Shown piece by piece: positions 1-9,551 of a DNA stretch of 64,000 nucleotides (positions within the stretch are counted from its first letter, which is position 1; the number at the start of each line of letters is the position of its first letter). Both the position numbers and the translations under genes were made by a program. The stretch covers positions 1,472,001 to 1,536,000 of the forward strand of contig OZ241329.1 of the NCBI GenBank assembly GCA_965199825.1. Direction: 5' to 3'. The DNA is from Bdellovibrionales bacterium. GTDB lineage: Bacteria; Bdellovibrionota; Bdellovibrionia; Bdellovibrionales; UBA1609. The notes beneath the pieces are model-generated. The model was not told where the DNA came from, did not search any database, and saw only the letters and a list, made by a program, of their open reading frames with translations.

Positions 1-908
1 TTACTTCGATTGATATGACCTTTGCTCATCAACTGAACCACCGCAAAATTTTCGGCGGCACTTGCAGGTGAACGGAGAAGACTGATCAAACCAACTTCAC
101 CCACGGCAAGAGGGGTAAATTTTGTTTTCGGCTGTACCCGACTGGTAAGAAAAAGTTGAGTCACACCATAAGAGAAGCCGATTCCTTCGTTCACAGTACC
201 CGTTTTGACAATAGGATTGTTATTGTACCATTTTGTAAAACTCGAGTCTTTGAATACAGGAAGTTTGTATTCAGCTTTCCATTGGCTAAATGCGGTGGCG
301 AATAAACTAAAACCGATCCCTAAAGTTGCAGCGATCGAAGCTTGAGTCATTGTAATCGGATTCCAACCACCACCGTCTTTGACGTAAAGCAGTGTTGCGA
401 TACTCACTCGGCCTAAACCACCAACGAAACTCACTGCATAATCAACACCTTTGGGATCATAGGTTTTGCCCAAGATCGCAGCGGTCAGATGTTTAACTTT
501 TTCTTCCCATTTTTTGAAGCCTGTCAGTTGATCAAGATCTTTTGGTTCTTCCAAACTTTGAGGGATCACCTTGACCTTTACTCGCTCCAAGTCGCGATTT
601 TTTTTGAGCTGATCTTCAACTGTGTGAACGAAGGCATCAACTTCAGCTTTTGATAAAGTGCTTGGAACAAAAACTCGAACATCGAGCGACCTATCTGCAC
701 CAACATGCACATGATCTTTTGTTTCGAGACTGAAATTTCCGAGATCTTCGAGTGATAAATGCTCGGTTTTAATTTCAACCGAACCGCCATAGACGGGATC
801 GCTAAATTGAGAATCAGTATATACGGTGATGCCTTTGTCTGATTCCGTTTCGGCCTGAGCAGCAAAAGTACCAACAGCTAAGAGAGAGCAAAGTAATAAT
901 TTAAACAT
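1..908 (-). CDS. Hypothetical exported/membrane protein, runs off the window start
   Basis: Manual translation from ATG at 908 (GAAGGAA upstream): MFKLLLCSLLAVGTFAAQAETES..., signal-peptide-like, open to position 1; not in the ORF track because it has no stop in the window. Confidence 0.7.
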   Translation of the reverse strand, partial: MFKLLLCSLLAVGTFAAQAETESDKGITVYTDSQFSDPVYGGSVEIKTEHLSLEDLGNFSLETKDHVHVGADRSLDVRVFVPSTLSKAEVDAFVHTVEDQLKKNRDLERVKVKVIPQSLEEPKDLDQLTGFKKWEEKVKHLTAAILGKTYDPKGVDYAVSFVGGLGRVSIATLLYVKDGGGWNPITMTQASIAATLGIGFSLFATAFSQWKAEYKLPVFKDSSFTKWYNNNPIVKTGTVNEGIGFSYGVTQLFLTSRVQPKTKFTPLAVGEVGLISLLRSPASAAENFAVVQLMSKGHINRS

Positions 909-1018
909 AATTCCTTCATCTGCACACAGGGTGCCAGTTCTTAAACGAAAACAAATATTCAAAAAAATTACAGAGATGTCTACTACCCATTCACCAAAGA
1001 TCTCGGTAATTATTGGAT

Positions 1019-2227
1019 ATGGATAATTTTGAGGTCATCAATTCAACATTTGAAGTCGCACTATTTATCACTTCGATTTTGCTCGTGCTCTCGGTTGTTG
1101 CGAGTCGATTGTCGGGGTGGTTGGGCTTTCCGGTGCTCTTAATGTTTCTAGGGATTGGAATGATTGCAGGTTCGGATGGAATAGGCGGAATTAATTTTTC
1201 AAATTATTCTCTTACTTTTGCGATCGGCAGTTTGACTCTTGCGTTCATTTTATTCGATGGAGGACTGCAAACCTCTTGGAACAATATTCAGCCTATTCTC
1301 TTATCGGGTATTGCACTGTCTTCAGTGGGTGTTGTGATTACTGCGACATCTACCGCGATCTTCTCGCATTATTTTTTAAATCTGAGTTGGAGTGAGGGAT
1401 TTTTGTTGGGCGCCATAGTGTCACCAACGGATGCGGCCGCTGTGTTTGGTGTACTGCGATCGCAAAAGGTTAGACTCAAAGCTGAAGTTCAGAGACTTCT
1501 CGAATTTGAAGCGGGTTGTAATGATCCTGCGGCAATTTTACTGACAATTGCAACACTGAGATTTGCCACACATCCCGAAGGACAAATCGATCAATTTATC
1601 ATGATGTTTCTAAGGCAAGCCGGTGGTGGAATTATCTTAGGATTTATCGGAGGTCATCTTGCGTGTTGGACAATTAAACATCTGCGTTTAGATTTTGAAG
1701 GGCTTTACGATGTTTTGATGATGGGTTTTGTTTTACTCATTTTTAGTGGAACGTCTCTGTTACATAGTAGCGGATTTATTGCGGTCTACACAGCCGGCAT
1801 TGTGATTGGAAATTCTAAAATTCATTGCCGCAAAACCTTATTGCAATTTTTTGATGGGATCGGTTGGATTTCGCAAATCTCGCTCTTTTTAGTTTTAGGT
1901 CTGCTAGTTTTTCCAACTCATCTTCCGGCGTTGTGGCGAGATGGATTAATTCTTTCGTTATTTTTACTTTTGGTTGCAAGACCTTTGAGTGTCGTGGTGG
2001 CAACTCCAACTCGAAAACTCAATGTCAATGATCGACTTTTTATTTCTTGGGTGGGCCTGCGCGGGGGAGCCGCAATTGTTTTAGCGACATTGCCCTGGGG
2101 TGCCCATTTCGCCAAAGCTGAGTATTTTTTTAATTTGGTATTTTTTGTGGTCTGTCTTTCGGTACTGATCCAGGGAAGTACAATCAACTGGATTGCCAGA
2201 AAACTTCATATCACGTTGAGGCCTTAA
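1019..2227 (+). CDS. K+/H+ antiporter, CPA1 family (NhaP2/CvrA-like), membrane domain only
   Basis: ILFDGGL, GAIVSPTDAAAVF, LEFEAGCNDP and WVGLRG motifs; about 12 hydrophobic segments. Confidence 0.9.
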   Translation: MDNFEVINSTFEVALFITSILLVLSVVASRLSGWLGFPVLLMFLGIGMIAGSDGIGGINFSNYSLTFAIGSLTLAFILFDGGLQTSWNNIQPILLSGIALSSVGVVITATSTAIFSHYFLNLSWSEGFLLGAIVSPTDAAAVFGVLRSQKVRLKAEVQRLLEFEAGCNDPAAILLTIATLRFATHPEGQIDQFIMMFLRQAGGGIILGFIGGHLACWTIKHLRLDFEGLYDVLMMGFVLLIFSGTSLLHSSGFIAVYTAGIVIGNSKIHCRKTLLQFFDGIGWISQISLFLVLGLLVFPTHLPALWRDGLILSLFLLLVARPLSVVVATPTRKLNVNDRLFISWVGLRGGAAIVLATLPWGAHFAKAEYFFNLVFFVVCLSVLIQGSTINWIARKLHITLRP

Positions 2228-2337
2228 TCTCCCAAGCTCAAAGTTCGATTTTTCCCCAAAGGGGCTTCTGGCTTGAAACTATTCCCATATTAAGCCTGGT
2301 ATTATTTGTGCTTCATACTTATTACAAAGGGAGAACT

Positions 2338-3444
2338 ATGAATAACTCATTAAAACGTGAACTCGCATTTGTCGCCGGAACGCTTGGATTTTTATTGGCT
2401 AAGCGACGCTCTGGACAACTTATGCTCGCCGCCAGCGTGGCGCTTTTATGGTCGTCAACAAAGCGGTCATTCAATTATCGTGGCAAGACCGTTTTTATAA
2501 CAGGCGGATCTCGCGGGCTCGGACTTTCACTTGCTTGGAATTTACTAAAACTTGGCGCTACCGTAACTCTTGCAGCTCGAGATGAAGAAGAGCTCGAAAA
2601 AGCGCGGCAGATTTTGTTGCGCGATTTTCCCTATGGGATCGTACACACAACAGTTTGTGATGTGACAAATTCTTATCAGTTGCGTGCAAGCCTTGATGCC
2701 GCAGTTGAGCGGATGAACGGAATCGACCTTTTGATCAACAATGCGGGCGCAATTTTGGTTGGACCGTTTACCTCGATGACCAAAGATGATTTCGTTTCGC
2801 AAATGAATGTTCATCTCTTTTCGGCGATCGATGCAACTGATGCCCTCATTCCGCAATTTAAAAAACGTGGTGCAGGCCGCGTTCTTAATATTTGCTCGAT
2901 TGGCGGTAAGGTCGCAATGCCTCACATGTTGCCGTACGACGCCTCGAAATTTGCACTTGCGGGATACTCACAAGGAATCACTGCTGAACTGGCCCGACAC
3001 AACATTCAGGTCACCACCGCTTACCCCTCGGTGATGCGCACTGGATCGCCCAAACAAGCCTTGTTTAAAGGTGAGCATGAAAAAGAGTTTTTGTGGTTTA
3101 AAGCTATCGATAATTTACCAGGATTGTCGCTTTCGGCTGATACGGCTGCCAAAAAATTATTGGACGCCGTTGCAGATGGTCGGACCGAGGTTGTGCTGTC
3201 GGTTCCTGGTCGCTTGCGCGTGCTGTTTCAGGCTTTGTTTCCCGAGACCGCAACCACTTTGATGGGTGTGATTGCACGACTCCTTCCGCGCGGAAACTCA
3301 CCCATACAAAAAACTGGGGCACAAAGTTCTCGATTGTTTGATAAAAGCTATTTGCTCTCGGGTTTGAACAAACGCGATGAGCGAGCTCAAGAAACTTACA
3401 ATCAGTTGGCCGAGCACGATTTTAAAAATTCACAACTGCAGTAA
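2338..3444 (+). CDS. SDR family oxidoreductase
   Basis: TGGSRGLG, NNAG and YDASK motifs; GGGAG RBS before ATG 2338. Confidence 0.9.
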   Translation: MNNSLKRELAFVAGTLGFLLAKRRSGQLMLAASVALLWSSTKRSFNYRGKTVFITGGSRGLGLSLAWNLLKLGATVTLAARDEEELEKARQILLRDFPYGIVHTTVCDVTNSYQLRASLDAAVERMNGIDLLINNAGAILVGPFTSMTKDDFVSQMNVHLFSAIDATDALIPQFKKRGAGRVLNICSIGGKVAMPHMLPYDASKFALAGYSQGITAELARHNIQVTTAYPSVMRTGSPKQALFKGEHEKEFLWFKAIDNLPGLSLSADTAAKKLLDAVADGRTEVVLSVPGRLRVLFQALFPETATTLMGVIARLLPRGNSPIQKTGAQSSRLFDKSYLLSGLNKRDERAQETYNQLAEHDFKNSQLQ

Positions 3445-3464
3445 TTTGATTTTTCAACGCGCAA

Positions 3465-4625
3465 TCACTGCGCGTTGATTTCTCTTTGGTGATTATTGAA
3501 TAATGTTTGCGCCGAAATTCCGGCCGCATTTTTTGAGTGAATATCGCCGTACTTAGCCAAAGCTTTATAAAAATATGGGTCGTCTTTAACGGCGGCTAGA
3601 TGAAGCGCTGAGTCTTGTTTCAAATTTCTGTGGTTGATGCGACGTGATTTGGTGAACAAAGGTCTGAGCAAAGTTTGTTGCTCCACTAAAAAATCAAGCA
3701 GGTCATGATCTTCACTCGTGCTCTTTAAAAAAGTATGTAATCCCAAATCACCCAATTTGTTGACGCTATCAAAATCAATCCATCGGCAACCTGCAAGTGA
3801 GCGGGCAGAGTCAGCTTGCCCACCGCGAAGGGCGATCTGAAATGGCGTATCGCCATTTTTGTCCTTGCGATTAAAAAAGGTATCAAAGGGGACGCCAAAA
3901 TCACCAATATAAGTGTTTAATCCACGACGTCCGTAAGCCACAATTTCGCTTGGATAATGAAAAAACCAGCGACTCTCTTGGGTTTGAAATGAATTGGGAA
4001 TACATTTTTTTTCGACCAGCCAATCAATCACATCGGAGCGCCCATCATGGGCTGCAGTATGAAGAAAAATCTTTTGGCTCTCATCCACCTTTAACAAAAA
4101 CTTCCAAAATCTGAGGTTGGGGTAGCCGCGATAGTACTCGGTTTCCAACGCGTCCACGACCGCTCGGTTTTTAGCCACAAAAAGTGCGCGCTGCTTTAAT
4201 TTATTTCGCGGATCAAGTTTTGAAAAATCATAAATTTCGAGTGCACCCAATGAATTGTAATAGCGTTGTGCAAGTGCGCGAATCACCTCGACTTGGCCCA
4301 TTTGAGACGCCAAGAAAATATAACTCTCACCCTCGTTATTTTGATGAAAAAACTGATCACGATCCATTATCTCAATCAATTGCAGCGCCAACGAAGTTTG
4401 GCCTTCGTTCAACGCAACTGCAAGTGGCGTGTCTTGATGCTCGTTCAAGGCATAAAGCTGTGAGGGTTCTTGCTTAAGTATTTGGGCTGCAAGATTTTGG
4501 TCTCCTTTGAGGGCCGCAAGGTGAAGTTCGGTGGGTGCACAGAGGTGGACTTGGGCGCGATCCATGTTGGGGTAGCAAAGGGTCGCAAAGGAACTGGTGC
4601 AAAAAAAAGCTAAAATTGTTTTCAT
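3465..4625 (-). CDS. Ankyrin-repeat protein with signal peptide
   Basis: Repeated TELHLAA, DTPLAVA, FLHTAA, GDTPFQIA and DSALHLAA ankyrin motifs; MKTILAFF..SFA N-terminus. Confidence 0.85.
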   Translation of the reverse strand: MKTILAFFCTSSFATLCYPNMDRAQVHLCAPTELHLAALKGDQNLAAQILKQEPSQLYALNEHQDTPLAVALNEGQTSLALQLIEIMDRDQFFHQNNEGESYIFLASQMGQVEVIRALAQRYYNSLGALEIYDFSKLDPRNKLKQRALFVAKNRAVVDALETEYYRGYPNLRFWKFLLKVDESQKIFLHTAAHDGRSDVIDWLVEKKCIPNSFQTQESRWFFHYPSEIVAYGRRGLNTYIGDFGVPFDTFFNRKDKNGDTPFQIALRGGQADSARSLAGCRWIDFDSVNKLGDLGLHTFLKSTSEDHDLLDFLVEQQTLLRPLFTKSRRINHRNLKQDSALHLAAVKDDPYFYKALAKYGDIHSKNAAGISAQTLFNNHQREINAQ

Positions 4626-4745
4626 TTAGGAGCAAAATAGAAAGCAAATCGAAACTTGTCCAATCAAAGCTGTGACGTTGTCATTTGGCTTACAAAACAA
4701 CAATTATGTGTCCATTTCTACATTGCTTCCGTACCTTCACAATTT

Positions 4746-6398
4746 ATGAAAATCCTCTTATCTCTCCTTATTTTGTTTAGTGGTACAACTTACGCTCATG
4801 TTCATTGCGCGCATTGCTCCCACTCAGAAGAGCAAAATATTTCTGACTTTTACAATCACATCATCGATCTAAGTTTGGCTGCGACCACAAATGCTGATGC
4901 CAAAATTGTTTATGATTTGAAAGGCGAGCAGATCAATGGGGATACTTACCTGCATCAGGCCATTCGCGCTTCAATGAGAATGATCGCCGATGAGCGAAAG
5001 AATGAATGTGAGGATTGCACGGTACCGAGCGACAAAGATTTGTCCGATTATTTAAATTCTCCGAACAACACCATCTTTGGTTTTGATGATGAACCCGCAA
5101 AGATCAAAGCCCAGAGTTTTTTATCACGCCAAGTTGTAGATCCTTTCGTGGATCAAATCGGTGACATCGTATCCGAGGTTGCACCGGTTGCAGGAGAACT
5201 TGGACAGGCAATGGCCTACTCGACTGTCGCTTTTGAAACAGCCGAAACATTGATTGGGCTACATTTATTTTGTAAGCCTTTTCAACTTTCCCAATATCGA
5301 TTTATCAGAGACATTCAATCCTTTGCTCGCGCCTTTTTGTGGGCACCCCAATTCGATACGAACAGCGCTACTGCACTGATCAAGATGGGGCTCTACTCAA
5401 ACATGATTAAAAAGGCTTCAACTCAAACTCGTTTCGTCAGTTATACCGAATTGGAGTTAGATCCCGTGGCAGCCAAAGAGGTGGACGAAGAAGGTCCGCG
5501 GTCGATGTTTAGTTTTGCCGAAGGCAAACGGTTTAAATGGCTCAAAAAAATAATTGAAAAAAAAGAAGCCAAACTCAACGGCAAACATTTTGTTGGCAAA
5601 TATCCTTTGCGTTATCTTTTTTTACGCAATGTCAAAGGGCGTACATCTCTTCATGGCAAAAGCGAAAATGATGAAGGGATGGATCGATATGGTATCTGGG
5701 AAATTGGAGTTCAGGAAAATATTATTGCTCGCGCTTTAAAAAATTCTAAAACACCAGAACCTGCTGTTACCCCGCCACTTCCATATGATGAGGTTCGCTA
5801 TCATCTGGCTCAAGAAGCCGCAAAGGGTGATCCAGAAGAAGCCGAAATATTTGATAAGCTTTTAAGCGACATTTCAAACTCCTTTGATTCTCAATCTTCA
5901 ATCAGTAAACGAAAATTATTGGCTGAGCTTTTTGCTACTAAACTGCAAGGGTTTTACTTTATAAAATTTCAAAAAATGGTTGAGGAGAAATCAAAACTGT
6001 TTGGTCGGCGTCAATCGGTCTCATGGCTCAAGTGGAAAAAGATGGGTCGCGAAAGTTGGCTCTTGTTTGCAAGTGCTCGCCTCGGAACATACATCAATCA
6101 GTGGAAGGATTATTATTATAATTCGGTCCGCAACAATGCCGATAATCAGTATGAAGTGATGCAGGGTTTTGTTTACATCTGGGATTATCTTAAAAAAGCC
6201 GAGGCCTTGGCTAGTGCCCAAGACGAAGCGGGATTGAGAGCTGCCGAGGACATCATGGTGGCGGGTTTAACAGATCTCAATACATTTACACCGTGGCGAC
6301 CAAAAAAATCGCGTCGATCGTTTAAAAAATTATTTTTTGTTCCGGTGGGACTTAAAAAACTCACCTGCGAAGAGTTGAACGAGGAGGTTTTTCAATGA
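4746..6398 (+). CDS. Hypothetical secreted protein
   Basis: MKILLSLLILFSGTTYA signal peptide; HVHCAHCSH and CEDC motifs; C-terminal TCEELN. Confidence 0.75.
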   Translation: MKILLSLLILFSGTTYAHVHCAHCSHSEEQNISDFYNHIIDLSLAATTNADAKIVYDLKGEQINGDTYLHQAIRASMRMIADERKNECEDCTVPSDKDLSDYLNSPNNTIFGFDDEPAKIKAQSFLSRQVVDPFVDQIGDIVSEVAPVAGELGQAMAYSTVAFETAETLIGLHLFCKPFQLSQYRFIRDIQSFARAFLWAPQFDTNSATALIKMGLYSNMIKKASTQTRFVSYTELELDPVAAKEVDEEGPRSMFSFAEGKRFKWLKKIIEKKEAKLNGKHFVGKYPLRYLFLRNVKGRTSLHGKSENDEGMDRYGIWEIGVQENIIARALKNSKTPEPAVTPPLPYDEVRYHLAQEAAKGDPEEAEIFDKLLSDISNSFDSQSSISKRKLLAELFATKLQGFYFIKFQKMVEEKSKLFGRRQSVSWLKWKKMGRESWLLFASARLGTYINQWKDYYYNSVRNNADNQYEVMQGFVYIWDYLKKAEALASAQDEAGLRAAEDIMVAGLTDLNTFTPWRPKKSRRSFKKLFFVPVGLKKLTCEELNEEVFQ

Positions 6399-6748
6399 TT
6401 CATTTATTGAGCCTTCTCCTAGTCTCGGTTTTTGCCGATACCTGCTTTGACGCTTTATCAGTTTCGGTTGAATACAAAAATGCACAATCTGGATTGATGG
6501 CTTTTGAGTCTGTGAAATCATCGCTCAGCAAAAAAGAATTGGTTGTTCTCGAAGCTGCAAAGGCCAATCTAACAAAGCACGAAACCGTCTTTCGAAAAGA
6601 TCGGCGAGGAAAAGAACTCGCTCGACATCTTAAAATTCAAAAATTGATTGCTAAGTTTAATCTGCGTGAAATTCGCTGGTCGATATATCAGATTAAGCGG
6701 GCGATTGAAGAACGTTTTTATATCAAAGAATATGTAGAGTGTGAATGA
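6395..6748 (+). CDS. Hypothetical secreted protein
   Basis: Signal peptide ending VFA, then DTCFDAL; ATGA overlaps on both sides; GAGGAGG RBS. Confidence 0.7.
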   Translation: MIHLLSLLLVSVFADTCFDALSVSVEYKNAQSGLMAFESVKSSLSKKELVVLEAAKANLTKHETVFRKDRRGKELARHLKIQKLIAKFNLREIRWSIYQIKRAIEERFYIKEYVECE

Positions 6749-7272
6749 TCACTTTAATGGCAATGTCGCTTCGCAAAGACTCACTCAACAAAAAACTGAT
6801 CCGAGCGACCAAGCCCTTAATAAGCGAAGCTTGTCAGATCCTTGAGTTCAATGACTTTAGCCCGCCGGTTTATGATGGAGACCTTGAGGCCAAGAGCGGT
6901 GTGCCCGAAGTGGTTCAAAGTTTTGCCAAAATCATTCAACAATCAAAAGCTCTGATTTTGTCGACACCCGAATACAATGGCGGAATTATGGGGGTGTTCA
7001 AAAATTGGATCGATTGGCTTTCGCGTGTTCAGCCATCACCATTTTCTTATAAACCTATTTTGTTGATGGGCGCATCGCCTGGGGCGTTGGGTGCGGTTCG
7101 TGGACTGTGGCACTCACGTGTGCCTTTAGAAGCTTTAAAATGTTTTGTTTATCCTGAGATGTTTGGTTTGAGTTTTGCCGATAAGGCTTTTGCCGAGCAG
7201 GGTGAGCTGCAGGATCCAAAAACATCAGATCGCCTTAAAAAATTGATTACCGAATTTTTGGCTCATGCTTAA
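6745..7272 (+). CDS. NADPH-dependent FMN reductase
   Basis: SLRKDSLN, STPEYNG, KNWIDWLSR and GASPGALG motifs. Confidence 0.92.
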   Translation: MITLMAMSLRKDSLNKKLIRATKPLISEACQILEFNDFSPPVYDGDLEAKSGVPEVVQSFAKIIQQSKALILSTPEYNGGIMGVFKNWIDWLSRVQPSPFSYKPILLMGASPGALGAVRGLWHSRVPLEALKCFVYPEMFGLSFADKAFAEQGELQDPKTSDRLKKLITEFLAHA

Positions 7273-8077
7273 GCTCATCCCAATTATTGGTGCGATGATT
7301 TCGGTGCAAATGGGTGCAGCCCTTGGAAAGCAATTGTTTCCAACAATCGGCCCGGTGTGGACCACGTTTTTACGAACATCTTTAGCAGCGCTTGTTCTTT
7401 TTGTTTTGTTTCGCCCTTGGCGTATTCGGATCAATCGCTACATCTTTTTTTATGGGCTATCTTTAGGCCTGATGAATCTGCTTTTTTACTTAAGTATCCA
7501 GCGCATCTCTTTAGGGATTGCGGTGGCGTGCGAATTTTCTGGGCCGTTGATTTTGGCGGTCACACTCTCGCGGCGCGGAACCGACTTTTTGTGGGTGGCG
7601 CTCGCTTTTATCGGGATCGCATTGCTTTCGCCCTTATCGCCAGATCCGGTGGATCTTGACGGCGTGATGTATGCGCTTTTGGCCGGAGCTTGTTGGGCGG
7701 GATATATTATTTTTGGTCGATGGACGAAGGAGCAGTCGGGGCCGGTAGTTGCAATGGGCATGGGTGTAGCCGCACTGACCACATTGCCATTTGCACTCTT
7801 TTCGGGGCCGCTAAAAATGCAAACCAGTTTGTGGCCGATGGCCTTTGCGGTCGCAGTTTTATCAAGTGCAATTCCATATTCGCTTGAGATGATTATGCTG
7901 CAAAAAATTTCGGCCAAAAATTTTGGAATTCTGATGAGTCTTGAGCCGGCGCTTGCGGTGGTATCGGGTTTTGTTTTTTTGCACGAAGCTTTAAATCCGA
8001 TGCAGATTTTGGCAATCGGGAGTGTGGTGATTGCCTCTTACGGCAGTACAATTTCTTCGCGCGCTCAATCTGGATAA
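7265..8077 (+). CDS. EamA/DMT transporter, RhtA-like exporter
   Basis: SVQMGAALGK, LSSAIPYSLEM and FGILMSLEPA motifs; 10 TM segments. Confidence 0.88.
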   Translation: MLKLIPIIGAMISVQMGAALGKQLFPTIGPVWTTFLRTSLAALVLFVLFRPWRIRINRYIFFYGLSLGLMNLLFYLSIQRISLGIAVACEFSGPLILAVTLSRRGTDFLWVALAFIGIALLSPLSPDPVDLDGVMYALLAGACWAGYIIFGRWTKEQSGPVVAMGMGVAALTTLPFALFSGPLKMQTSLWPMAFAVAVLSSAIPYSLEMIMLQKISAKNFGILMSLEPALAVVSGFVFLHEALNPMQILAIGSVVIASYGSTISSRAQSG

Positions 8078-8478
8078 TTAATTTCTAAGGGCGTTTGAAT
8101 ACTTGGATCAAGGCTGAGCTTGACCGGGCACGACTCAGCCATCTTTTGAATTTTTTCGCGAAACTCAATTTTGATTCCTAAAGGCATTGTGATGACCATT
8201 TTTAGGGCCGCGATTTTTCGCGGAGGGGGAGTCATTTCTTTTGTGATTTTGAATTGAGCTTGATCGATCTTGACCGGTAACTTTTGTTTTTCGCAAAGAA
8301 TTGCAATCGTGGTCATCACACAACTGCTTAAAGCAGCGGCAACCAAATCGGTGGGCGAAAACAATTGGCCACGCCCCATATTATCGGTCGGAGCATCGGT
8401 TTCGATTTTACTCGACGATGGCCCGTGGGTGAGCTCACACCGTTTTTGGCCCTGATAGACACCGCGGATTTCGACCAT
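8065..8478 (-). CDS. OsmC family protein
   Basis: TDAPTDN.G.G..FSPTDL..AL..C and CPV..SL motifs. Confidence 0.92.
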   Translation of the reverse strand: MVEIRGVYQGQKRCELTHGPSSSKIETDAPTDNMGRGQLFSPTDLVAAALSSCVMTTIAILCEKQKLPVKIDQAQFKITKEMTPPPRKIAALKMVITMPLGIKIEFREKIQKMAESCPVKLSLDPSIQTPLEINYPD

Positions 8479-8558
8479 AAAAATTTCCAATCATTTGTTT
8501 TTGGCGCCGCGCTTAATCGGTTGCGCTGGTCTCAAAAAGAAACCTAGATTAACTTTAA

Positions 8559-9551
8559 GTGAGAATATTACAAATTTTGCTATTTGTAACGCTGGCTGGC
8601 CCAAATGCTTTTTCGAGGACGCTCTGTGAGGCGATGTTATCGCCTCACGAGCAGATTTTAGAGAATTTGCGGTTGATTCAGATGAGTCATCGGCAGGATG
8701 GTCGAGGGGACCATCCTGCGTTATCAGAGCCCGACTTTCTTGCCTTGAAGATGAAACCGTTTGCCAAGTATGAGCAGACCAATCGTCCAATGTCGGCTTT
8801 GATGCGAATCCTCACAAATCCCTATGACACCGCTGAAGAATTAAAAAATAATCTCGAACAGTGGCTCAAAGTCTTCTCTCCTGAATATCAGTTTATCTTT
8901 CCTAACGAAGTTCGCGCTCATACTAATGTCGATGGTTTTATTGACGAGTCCTTTTATTTTAATAGCTTAAAGCACAAAAAAATTCCGCTGGGTGAGTTTC
9001 ATGATCTTTATAATCACAGTATCTCCCTCACCGACTCTCGGTTTGTGCAGACACTTGATCGACTGTTAGAACTGGCGGGGCAAACAATGGAGCCGGATCG
9101 GCAGGCGGTGGTGAATCGGGTGTGGATGGATTTGGCCGAGCGATTTCCATTGATGACCGAAATTGATGGTCGACAAGCGCTGATCCCTTTTGGTGGCTAT
9201 GCGACGATCTCACATTATCTGCCCCAAACTCCATCGCTTCACAGTATTATTGCGGTCGGAATGCGAAGCCGAGTTTCCAAACCATTTTTAAATCAGGTCA
9301 CGAGTTATTATCAGCTTTCGCCCTCGGCAGTGTTTGAGCAGTTTTTTGGCAACAATGCGCCAGCGCTTTTGGAAACCCGGATCAACCTTGAAATCACCAA
9401 GATTGATAGTAGCTGTCACACTCCAGAGTGTTTACCGTTTGCTCTTGCGGATGCGGTCAATGATCCAAAAAATCCTTTATCAATATTTCAGCGCGAGAAT
9501 TTTTTGAATTTTGTCGACACCGCAATCGAAAGCTTACGGCTCAATTTTTAA
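8559..9551 (+). CDS. Hypothetical secreted protein
   Basis: 330-aa ORF; signal peptide ending NAFS, then RTLCEAML; internal FHDLYNH motif. Confidence 0.7.
   Translation: MRILQILLFVTLAGPNAFSRTLCEAMLSPHEQILENLRLIQMSHRQDGRGDHPALSEPDFLALKMKPFAKYEQTNRPMSALMRILTNPYDTAEELKNNLEQWLKVFSPEYQFIFPNEVRAHTNVDGFIDESFYFNSLKHKKIPLGEFHDLYNHSISLTDSRFVQTLDRLLELAGQTMEPDRQAVVNRVWMDLAERFPLMTEIDGRQALIPFGGYATISHYLPQTPSLHSIIAVGMRSRVSKPFLNQVTSYYQLSPSAVFEQFFGNNAPALLETRINLEITKIDSSCHTPECLPFALADAVNDPKNPLSIFQRENFLNFVDTAIESLRLNF

Noticed and set aside
578..874. 98-aa minus-strand ORF in the track
   Set aside because: Out-of-frame shadow of the longer ORF starting at 908
4796..4825. Possible c-type heme-binding motif
   Set aside because: The sequence is CAHCSH (CxxCxH), not the canonical CxxCH
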